From Actinomycetota bacterium (lineage in GTDB: Bacteria; Actinomycetota; UBA4738; CALAEC01): a DNA stretch of 50,567 bases. The stretch is taken from contig DASWKG010000029.1 of the NCBI GenBank assembly GCA_036396755.1, forward strand, positions 1 to 50,567, in the 5' to 3' direction. The notes under the pieces were generated by a model that was given only the letters and a program-made list of their open reading frames with translations, was not told where the DNA came from and did not search any database. Both the position numbers and the translations under genes were made by a program. Positions 43,576 through 50,567 of this stretch are shown in pieces; the first letter of the stretch is position 1, and every line of letters begins with the position of its first letter.

Positions 43576-44534
43576 CCGGGGTTCTCCTTGCAGCGCCGGG
43601 CGGGGTCCGAGGGGTCGTCGTTCATCCCACAGATGACGAAGTCCTGGTACACCTGCACGAAGTCACGGAACTCCGTGATCTGCAGGTTCCGGTTGTGCAG
43701 CGGCGCCCAGGCGAGGAGGCGCACGATGGAGGCCTGCTCGCCGTCGAGCGTCTCGAGGATCACCCGCATCTGGGAGAAGAACCGCCGCATCTCGTCGGAG
43801 TGCGCCTCGAGGATCGAGCGGGAGCCCTCCGAGAGGTAGGCGAGCTGGCGAACCGCGACCTCGAGCCGTCCGGTCTCCTCGCGGAGCATCCGCAGGCCCC
43901 GGGCGCTGTTCGCCACCGCGCGCGCGTGAGCCTCGGCGCGGGCCGCCAGGGCGCTGTTGAAGGCGTCGAGGTTGCCGATCACCGAGACGATCGTGTCGCT
44001 GCGCCCGGCGAACACGTCGACGATCTCCTCGAAGTTGCGCAGCAGCTTCCGGAGCTGCTCGCCGCGGCCGCCGAAGCCGATCGCGCCCTCGTCGACGAGC
44101 GTGGCGACCTCGCTCGCGGCGATCGGCGCGAGCACGTCGTTGCCCTCCAGCACGAGGTCCTCGAGGTCCTCGCGGACCTCGGTCAGCTCGATCTGGTCGC
44201 CGTTCTCGAGCAGCGAGGCGTCCGTGGGGAGGTCGGCGGGGATCACGATGTCGACGATGCGCTCGCCGAGGACGCTGGTCCTGCGGATCCGCGCGATGAC
44301 ACCGCGCGGAACCCGCGCCTCGGGATCGATGGACATCTCGACCAGCGCGAGGGTCCCCTCGAGGCTGATATCGGTGACCGAGCCGATCTCGACGTCGGCC
44401 AGCATCACCGGGGCCGTCGCGGCGAGGTCGCCGACGTCGGTGAACCTCGCCGTCACGCGGATCCCGCTGCCGCCGCCGAGCCCGCAGGCCCCCGAGAGGA
44501 GGGCGACGACCACGAGGAGCGCCGCCCGTCTCAC
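43572..44534 (-). CDS. Mce-family lipoprotein (fifth, MceE position)
   Basis: Lipobox LLSGAC. MlaD domain (V.LADVEIGSVTDI). Confidence 0.85.
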   Translation of the reverse strand: MRRAALLVVVALLSGACGLGGGSGIRVTARFTDVGDLAATAPVMLADVEIGSVTDISLEGTLALVEMSIDPEARVPRGVIARIRRTSVLGERIVDIVIPADLPTDASLLENGDQIELTEVREDLEDLVLEGNDVLAPIAASEVATLVDEGAIGFGGRGEQLRKLLRNFEEIVDVFAGRSDTIVSVIGNLDAFNSALAARAEAHARAVANSARGLRMLREETGRLEVAVRQLAYLSEGSRSILEAHSDEMRRFFSQMRVILETLDGEQASIVRLLAWAPLHNRNLQITEFRDFVQVYQDFVICGMNDDPSDPARRCKENPG

Positions 44535-45931
44535 TGCCGGCCTCCGAGCCCGAGCGCGCCGTCGATGAGCCCGCCGACGGCCTCCTCGAGCTCCTGGTCG
44601 AGGCGCCGCTCGAGGCAGCGCGCCGGCCTCCGGGCGTCGAGGCAGCGGACCGGCAGGTGATGGCGCCGCAGGCAGGCCCGCGCGTCATCGGCCCGCAGGC
44701 ACTCGACGACGACCATGCGGCGCTCGGCGCAGGCCTCCGGCGAAATGGTGCCCTCGCAGGCGATGCCGGCCGCCTGCTCGATGAGCGCCTCGACCAGCTC
44801 GGGCACGCCCGCGATGGCGTCGGAGAGCTGCTCCTCGGGCGCGGCGGCTTCCTGACGGCACGCGGCCTCGAAGCAGAACATCGACGGCACCCGCTCCTCC
44901 CAGTACCGCGCGCTGCCGCAGTCGGGGATGCCCAGGTCGGTGCACAGCTCGATGAGGCGGGCCTCGAGCCGCGCGAGGATCAGCGCCTCGAGCTCCGCGC
45001 CCTGGTTGTTGAGTCGCAGCCAATCGGCGCCGAAGTCGATGCCTCGCGAGGCGCCGTCGAACAGCCGCTTCGCCCAGTGCCCTGTCCGAGCCAGCGACTC
45101 GATGTTCTTGCGAAGGGTCCGGCCGGTTCGGGTGAAGGACTCGATGTCGCGGTGCAGCGGGTCGCGGTGGGCGATGAGGAGAGACGCGAGCTCGGTCGAC
45201 ATCTGGGTGAGGCCGTCGATCGTGCCCTCGAGGGACTCGCGGTTGTCGGTGAGGATGTGGGCGACGTCGTTGTAGGAGTTGATGAGCCGCGCGAGGCCTT
45301 CCTTCCGCGTGGAGAGGGCGCGCGTGAGCTTGTCGAACTCGACGATGATCGTCGCGAGGTCGTCGCGCTTCTTCGCGAGGGTCGACATCACGCCGGTGGC
45401 GTTGCCGATGAGCCCGTTCAGCTCGTCGCCGTAGCCGCGCAGGGCGGTGGCCGCGTTCGTGACGAACTCCTCGACCGCGGCGGGGTCAAGGGCTCCCAGG
45501 TAGTCCTGGAGCGACCGCAAGAGCTCGTCGGGCTCGGACGGGACCGCGGTGCGCGAGGCGGGGATCGTGGCGCCGTCCTCGAGCTCGGGGCCGCCCTCGT
45601 AGGCCGGGAAGAGCTGGACGTAGCGCTCACCGAGGAGTGAGATCGGGACCAGGGCGGCCTCCACCTCGGCGGGGAGGCGGAGCTCGGGGTCATCGACGAG
45701 GAAGGTGACGCGGACGCCGTCCGCCACGTTCTGGACGTCGGAGATGATGCCGATGTCGACCCCCATCACCCGGACCGCGCCGCCCGGGAAGAGCTGCACC
45801 GCGCGGTCGAACATGGCGTGGTAGGTGCGCGTGTCTCCTCCTCCGAAGAGGCCGCAGCTCGTGAGCACGAGCCCCGCGAGCGCGACGAGGGCGACCAGGC
45901 GGGTGACGGCTCGGCGCCTCACGGCGCGCAC
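44531..45931 (-). CDS. Mce-family lipoprotein with a Cys/Arg-rich C-terminal tail (fourth, MceD position)
   Basis: Lipobox LVLTSCG and an MlaD domain. There are 10 Cys in the last roughly 140 aa. An alternative GTG at 45922 would give a GTGA overlap with the upstream stop. Confidence 0.85.
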   Translation of the reverse strand: MRAVRRRAVTRLVALVALAGLVLTSCGLFGGGDTRTYHAMFDRAVQLFPGGAVRVMGVDIGIISDVQNVADGVRVTFLVDDPELRLPAEVEAALVPISLLGERYVQLFPAYEGGPELEDGATIPASRTAVPSEPDELLRSLQDYLGALDPAAVEEFVTNAATALRGYGDELNGLIGNATGVMSTLAKKRDDLATIIVEFDKLTRALSTRKEGLARLINSYNDVAHILTDNRESLEGTIDGLTQMSTELASLLIAHRDPLHRDIESFTRTGRTLRKNIESLARTGHWAKRLFDGASRGIDFGADWLRLNNQGAELEALILARLEARLIELCTDLGIPDCGSARYWEERVPSMFCFEAACRQEAAAPEEQLSDAIAGVPELVEALIEQAAGIACEGTISPEACAERRMVVVECLRADDARACLRRHHLPVRCLDARRPARCLERRLDQELEEAVGGLIDGALGLGGRQ

Positions 45932-47154
45932 CTCTCGGAGCCCACGGGCACCAGCGCGGTGCCCTCAAGGACCGTGTCGACGACATCTCCGATCGTGCAC
46001 GGAAGCGCCGCCTCGATGAGCGGGAGGGCCGAGTCGGTCTCCGGGTCCGTGCCGGCCGGCCGCATCGAGACGGGGATCGGCAGGCCGCTCCCCTCCTTGT
46101 CCCCGCAGTCGGTCCCGAAGAAGTCGTCGAAGAGCTGGTCGACGAGGCCGCACTCGCCCACCAGGCTGTCGACGCCGGCCGGGCCGAGCGACTGCACGAA
46201 GATGTTCGCCCACCGGTTGGGAACCCCCGACGAGTAGCCCACCGACGAGTAGCCTTCCACCGCCTGCTCGAGGTAGGGGATCGTGGCGGCGAGGTCGAGC
46301 TGGTGGCGGTTCAGGACCTCGAGGTCGACCGCGAGGCTCCCGAGCGCCTGGTCGAGCACGCCCCGGTTCTCGCGGATGAGGTCGGCCGTCTCGTGCGAGC
46401 TGGAGTCGGTGGCGACCAGGAGCCGCTCGAGGTCGGCCTGGCGGTCGGAGAGGTTGCCGAGGACCACGTTCAGGTTGTCGATGAGCGAGACGAAGGTCTG
46501 GTCGCGCTCCCCGAAGACGATCGAGAGGGTGCGCAGCGACTGGATCAGCCCGCCGAGCTCGCGCCGGCGCGAGTTCACCGCGCCGGTGACCTGCTCGAGG
46601 CCCACGATCAGGCGCTGGATGTCGCCCTCGCGCCCGCGGGTGATCTCGCCGAGGTCGGCCAGGAACCGGTTGAAGGCGTCGGCGTCGGAGGCCTCGAGGA
46701 GGTCCACCGAGATGTCGTTCAGCTCGACGATGTCGATCGGCGTGATCGTGCGCTCGGTGGGGATGATCGCGCCGTCCTCGAGGTCGACCTGGGACTCGCC
46801 GGGGACCAGCGCCACCGAGCGCCGCCCCAGGAACGTCTCGATCACGATCTCGGCGGTGCTGTCGGCCGGGAGCGTCACGTCCTTGTCGACCGCGAGCGTC
46901 ATCTCGACCGCGCCGTCGGCGATCTGAAGGCTCTCCACGCGGCCGGCCACGAGCCCGGCCACCGTGACCCGGTCCTCGGGCCGGATCCCGGCCGCGTCGG
47001 TGAACTGCGCCCGGACCTCGTACCGCGGGGTGAGGAAGCCGCCCTGGAGGATGAGTGCGAAGAGCGTTCCGGTGATGAGGAACGTGAGGCCGATGAGCCC
47101 GATGATGCGGGGGCTGCGTTCGAGGAACGAGAGGGAGCGGCGCTTCTTCGCCAT
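45919..47154 (-). CDS. Mce-family protein (third, MceC position)
   Basis: ATG 47154. N-terminal TM helix IIGLIGLTFLITGTLFALIL and an MlaD domain (VTVAGLVAGRVESL). Confidence 0.85.
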   Translation of the reverse strand: MAKKRRSLSFLERSPRIIGLIGLTFLITGTLFALILQGGFLTPRYEVRAQFTDAAGIRPEDRVTVAGLVAGRVESLQIADGAVEMTLAVDKDVTLPADSTAEIVIETFLGRRSVALVPGESQVDLEDGAIIPTERTITPIDIVELNDISVDLLEASDADAFNRFLADLGEITRGREGDIQRLIVGLEQVTGAVNSRRRELGGLIQSLRTLSIVFGERDQTFVSLIDNLNVVLGNLSDRQADLERLLVATDSSSHETADLIRENRGVLDQALGSLAVDLEVLNRHQLDLAATIPYLEQAVEGYSSVGYSSGVPNRWANIFVQSLGPAGVDSLVGECGLVDQLFDDFFGTDCGDKEGSGLPIPVSMRPAGTDPETDSALPLIEAALPCTIGDVVDTVLEGTALVPVGSERCAP

Positions 47155-48308
47155 CAGGAGGCCCCCGTCACGGCCGCGATCCAGCTGTCGAGGCTCGGCT
47201 GCGGCGGAGCCGTCCGGCTCCCGGTGGTTCCCGTCTCGTCGTAGAAGACGCGCACCGGCCGGCCGTCGGGGCACTCGACCACCGGCGGCGCCTGACCGTC
47301 GCGGTTCTCCTGCCCCTCGCGCTGGCTGGCGATCACGTTGCCCTCGTTGTCCTTGACGACGATCTCGATGATGCGGACGTTGAACCACTCCCCCCAGCTC
47401 GTCGTCTGGAAGTAGGGGGCGACGCCGGTGGGGAGCGAGCAGAGCGTCCGCTCGAGGGCCTCGCGGTTTCGGGCGAGCGTGCCGGCCACCGCCGCGAGGT
47501 GCGCGAGCCCGGCGTCGATGTCGGCGCGGCTGTCCTTCTGGAGCGAGTCGAGCTCCTCCTCCACGATCGCGAAGTTGACGATGAGCCGGTTGATGTCGTC
47601 GGTCATCCCGGCGAGCGTGCCGCCGATCAGGTCGAGGTCGTCGATGATCGAGCCGAGCTCGCGGTCCTGGCTCGCGTACGCGCCGAGGATGCGGTCGGAC
47701 GACCGGATGAGGCTCTGGATCTGCTCGTCGGCCTGCGCGAGGTCGGTCGCGAGCAAGCCGCCCCGCGAGAGGAGGCTCCCCACGACGGCCTGGTTGCCGG
47801 CGAGCGCGGTGTTCATCGCCTCGAGGAAGGCGTTCGCCTTGTCGGGGTCGATGGCCTGCAGGATCGGCCCGAGGTTGTTGAGCAGCTCTCCGATGTCGCC
47901 GGCGGTCTCGGTCCGCGAGATCGGGATGCGCGCGCCGTCCTCGAGCGGCGTGCCTCCCTCGCCGGGGTAGAGGTAGATGAATCGCAGCCCGAGGACGTTC
48001 CGCCAGCGGATGCCGACGCGGGTGGCCGTCGTGACCGGGATCTCGTCGTCCACCTCGAAGGCGACGACGGCCCTCCCGTCCTCGATGTGCGTCTCCTTCA
48101 CGCGGCCCACGTCGACCCCCGCGAGCTTCACCACGTCGCCGGGGAAGACGCCGGAGGCGTTCGCGAACTCGGCCTCGACCAGGTAGGTGCCGCGGAACAG
48201 CTGCAGGTTCCCGATGCGGATGGCCAGGATCACCGTGAGGACGAAGGACATACCCGTGAACGCGACGACCTTCATGAACGTCCCGCCGCGCGCGCCGAGG
48301 ATCCTCAT
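47154..48308 (-). CDS. Mce-family protein (second, MceB position)
   Basis: ATG 48308 overlaps the upstream TGA (ATGA). MlaD domain (VKLAGVDVGRVKE). Confidence 0.85.
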   Translation of the reverse strand: MRILGARGGTFMKVVAFTGMSFVLTVILAIRIGNLQLFRGTYLVEAEFANASGVFPGDVVKLAGVDVGRVKETHIEDGRAVVAFEVDDEIPVTTATRVGIRWRNVLGLRFIYLYPGEGGTPLEDGARIPISRTETAGDIGELLNNLGPILQAIDPDKANAFLEAMNTALAGNQAVVGSLLSRGGLLATDLAQADEQIQSLIRSSDRILGAYASQDRELGSIIDDLDLIGGTLAGMTDDINRLIVNFAIVEEELDSLQKDSRADIDAGLAHLAAVAGTLARNREALERTLCSLPTGVAPYFQTTSWGEWFNVRIIEIVVKDNEGNVIASQREGQENRDGQAPPVVECPDGRPVRVFYDETGTTGSRTAPPQPSLDSWIAAVTGAS

Positions 48309-49342
48309 CGGGCCTCGCAGATGGGGATGAGGTCCTCGATCTCGGGCGGGACCGTGCCGCAGATCTGCACGATCGTCTCCTCGAGGCCCTCGCCGCCGAT
48401 GAAGTTGGTGAACGCGGCGGCGGCGCTCCCGTCGAAGAGCGGATAGGGGTCGCCGCCGAGCTTCATCACGTAGCGGGACAGGCCGTTCACGAGCCCGCGG
48501 AGCCCCTCCCGGTGATCGACGAGCACCTGCAGCAGGACGTCGCCGTCGTCGATCAGCCGGTCCCAACCGTCACGCTCGAGCACCAGGAGGTCTCCGAGGT
48601 GGGTCGCGAGGAACGCGACCTGCTCGAGCGAGCGGCGGAGCTGGGCGTGCGCCTCGTCGGAGGCGTAGACCGGCACGCCCTGGTTGATCGCGTCGGCGAG
48701 GTCACCGAGGTCGCCGGTTCGGAAGCGGAGCTCGCCGAAGATGACGTCGAAGTCGATCAGCGATCGGACCTGCTCGGGGAGCGTGCGTCGGAAGGTGGTG
48801 GTGACCTTCGTGCCGGCGTCGAGACCGCGGGCGATGTCCTCGCCGTGGCCCTCGGCGGCGATCGCGAGCTCGTGGACAACGGTGGCGGCGTCCAGCGGGT
48901 CGACCGCGCGCAGCACCTGGGCGCCGGTGGCGATGACGTCCTCGAGCTCGGGCCCGACGTGGCCCACGATGCGATCGCCCTCGGCGAGGAAGGGCCCGTT
49001 GTACGAGTCGTAGCGGAGGTCGACGAACTTGTCGCCGAGGAGCGTCTTCAGGTCCACGTACGCCTCGGCGGACGCGGGCACCCGGTAGCGCGACTCGATC
49101 CGCAGGAGCATCTCGACCTCGCGCTCGGCGAGCCGGATCTCGCTGACCTTCCCGATGATCACGCCCGAGAGCCGCACGTCGGTGCCGACCCGCAGGAGCT
49201 GGGTGGCCTTCGGCAGCTCGGTGGTGACGTGGTAGACGTCGTCGTAGGCCCCGTATCGCGACCGGATGAGGAAGTAGCCGCCAACGGCCAGCGAGATCCC
49301 GAGGACGCCGACGACCACCCGATGCAGCGCGAGCCGGCTCAT
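48305..49342 (-). CDS. Mce-family protein (first, MceA position)
   Basis: ATG 49342 overlaps the permease TGA (ATGA). N-terminal TM helix and an MlaD domain (VRLSGVIIGKVSEI). Confidence 0.85.
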   Translation of the reverse strand: MSRLALHRVVVGVLGISLAVGGYFLIRSRYGAYDDVYHVTTELPKATQLLRVGTDVRLSGVIIGKVSEIRLAEREVEMLLRIESRYRVPASAEAYVDLKTLLGDKFVDLRYDSYNGPFLAEGDRIVGHVGPELEDVIATGAQVLRAVDPLDAATVVHELAIAAEGHGEDIARGLDAGTKVTTTFRRTLPEQVRSLIDFDVIFGELRFRTGDLGDLADAINQGVPVYASDEAHAQLRRSLEQVAFLATHLGDLLVLERDGWDRLIDDGDVLLQVLVDHREGLRGLVNGLSRYVMKLGGDPYPLFDGSAAAAFTNFIGGEGLEETIVQICGTVPPEIEDLIPICEAR

Positions 49343-50175
49343 CCGGCGATCTTCACGGTCTCGTTCCCGCCCCACATGACGAGCGACAGGAAGAGGTTCA
49401 CGACCACGATCGTCGTGATCGACGCGCGGATCGCCCGGCCCGACGCGACGCCCACGCCCGCCGGGCCGCCGGTCGCGTTGTAGCCGTAGTAGGTGTGGAT
49501 CAGCGTGACCAGCACGGCGAAGATCAGCGCCTTGATGAGGCTGTAGAGGATGTCGACCGGCGGGAGGAACAGCCGGAAGTAGTGGACGTAGGTGCCGGGC
49601 GAGAGCGTGAAGAACTTCGTCACGATCAGCTGCGTGGCGAAGAACGAGGCGAACAGCGCCGCGAGGTACAGGGGCACGATCGTGATGATGGCGGCCCAGA
49701 TGCGCGTGGCGACCATGTACGGGATCGACGGCACCGCCATCACCTCGAGAGCGTCGACCTCCTCGGAGATGCGGGCCGCGCCGAGCTCCGCGGTGAACGA
49801 GGTCCCGATCTGCGCCGCGAGCGCCACGCCCGCGACGAGCGGCGTGATCTCGCGCGTGTTCGCCCACGACGAGACGAGCCCGGTGAACGCCTCGGCCCCG
49901 ATCGACCGAAGTCCCTGGTAGCCCTCGAGCCCCACCTGGGTGCCGGTGAAGAACGACATGGCAGCGATCACGAAGAACGTGCCGGCTCCCACGATGAGCG
50001 CGCCGACCCCGATCGTGATGTCGGTGACCCGGAACGTGATCTGCTTCCAATACTTCAGGGCGCCGGGCATCGCCTTGAGCGCGTCCTTCCAGAAGCGGAA
50101 CTGCCCGGTCAGCCCCTCGTAGGAGTAGGTCTGTCGGATCTTGCCGTGGGCGGGGGCGGGGGTCTGCGTCGCCAT
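49339..50175 (-). CDS. MlaE/YrbE-family ABC permease (YrbEB position)
   Basis: 278 aa with the conserved MlaE core (..REITPLVAGVALAAQIGTSFTAELGAARISEEVDALEVM..). Confidence 0.9.
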   Translation of the reverse strand: MATQTPAPAHGKIRQTYSYEGLTGQFRFWKDALKAMPGALKYWKQITFRVTDITIGVGALIVGAGTFFVIAAMSFFTGTQVGLEGYQGLRSIGAEAFTGLVSSWANTREITPLVAGVALAAQIGTSFTAELGAARISEEVDALEVMAVPSIPYMVATRIWAAIITIVPLYLAALFASFFATQLIVTKFFTLSPGTYVHYFRLFLPPVDILYSLIKALIFAVLVTLIHTYYGYNATGGPAGVGVASGRAIRASITTIVVVNLFLSLVMWGGNETVKIAG

Positions 50176-50176
50176 G

Positions 50177-50567
50177 TCAGAGCTTCTGGGGAACGATGTT
50201 GAAGTAGAGGGCCGTCAGGATGAAGTTCAGGAAGAAGAGCAGGAGGAAGGTGATGACCACCGCGTGGTTCACGGCATCCCCGACGCCTTTCGGGCCTCCC
50301 TTGGCGAAGAAGCCCTTGTAACAGGCGACCGTGCCGCCGACGAACCCGAAGATGACCGCCTTGATGAGCGCCATCCACAGGTCGCTGATCTGCGACAGCT
50401 CGTTGAACGACGAGAAGTAGCTGCTCGTGGTCCCGTTCTGCACGACGACGGCGAAGAACCAGCCGCCGGCGATGCCGGCCACCGAGACGATCGCGTCGAG
50501 CAGGATCGCGACGATCATCGCGGCGAGGATGCGCGGCATGATGAGGCGGTGGATCGTGTTGACGGCG
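50177..50567 (-). CDS. MlaE/YrbE-family ABC permease (YrbEA position), 5' end beyond the window
   Basis: The frame is open to the window edge. The C-terminal part has a typical MlaE TM pattern (..ALIKAVIFGFVGGTVACYKGF..). Confidence 0.85.
   Translation of the reverse strand, partial: AVNTIHRLIMPRILAAMIVAILLDAIVSVAGIAGGWFFAVVVQNGTTSSYFSSFNELSQISDLWMALIKAVIFGFVGGTVACYKGFFAKGGPKGVGDAVNHAVVITFLLLFFLNFILTALYFNIVPQKL

Noticed and set aside
19463-50567. Head-on orientation of about 30 kb of mostly minus-strand genes relative to a fork leaving oriC rightwards
   Set aside because: The same orientation of the trx/sigM/mviN block relative to oriC exists in mycobacteria. This is conserved architecture, not an anomaly.

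Overview
Very GC-rich window (about 70% by eye, not computed). It looks like the chromosomal replication-origin region of an Actinomycetota-type genome. Family calls rest on motifs read from the ORF translations; no searches were run. Left to right: a small tRNA-flanked islet (DUF4143 AAA+ ATPase, tRNA-Ala, Sec-type RTX-repeat protein, membrane protein, tRNA-Ile), then the minus-strand core gyrA-gyrB-dciA(DUF721)-recF-dnaN-[oriC]-dnaA. On the plus strand follow rpmH-rnpA-yidD-yidC-jag-rsmG-parA-parB, with two parS sites at the jag/rsmG junction. Next comes a mycobacterium-like cell-envelope/redox block on the minus strand: cwlM-like amidase, trxA, M23 peptidase, trxB, anti-sigma, ECF sigma, Ser/Thr kinase, DegV, small membrane protein, murJ, Rv3909-like protein, NUDIX, YbaK-like, cca. 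After that: an HExxH protein, an orphan pilT, a KGG stress protein, sodN/sodX, an MFS-ino1-PadR operon, a class E sortase locus, a wHTH-nucleotidyltransferase/HEPN pair, and a complete six-gene mce operon with two yrbE permeases (cut by the window end). Most of this is conserved core genome. I found no CRISPR array, prophage, integrase or transposase. The best leads are: (1) an active kinase with a discoidin/CBM-like ectodomain as a free-standing gene in the murJ-sigma operon, with DegV and a membrane protein between it and murJ (a possible unfused counterpart of the mycobacterial MviN pseudokinase tail); (2) the sortase locus, with a non-canonical IARTG sorting signal, a coupled His-rich small protein and an AT-rich triple palindrome at the PadR promoter; (3) the leaderless wHTH-NTase/HEPN pair; (4) 23-bp-phased repeats upstream of the DUF4143 ATPase; (5) an M23 peptidase whose signal-peptide-like region lies upstream of any canonical start codon. 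None of these is demonstrably a new system from sequence alone.
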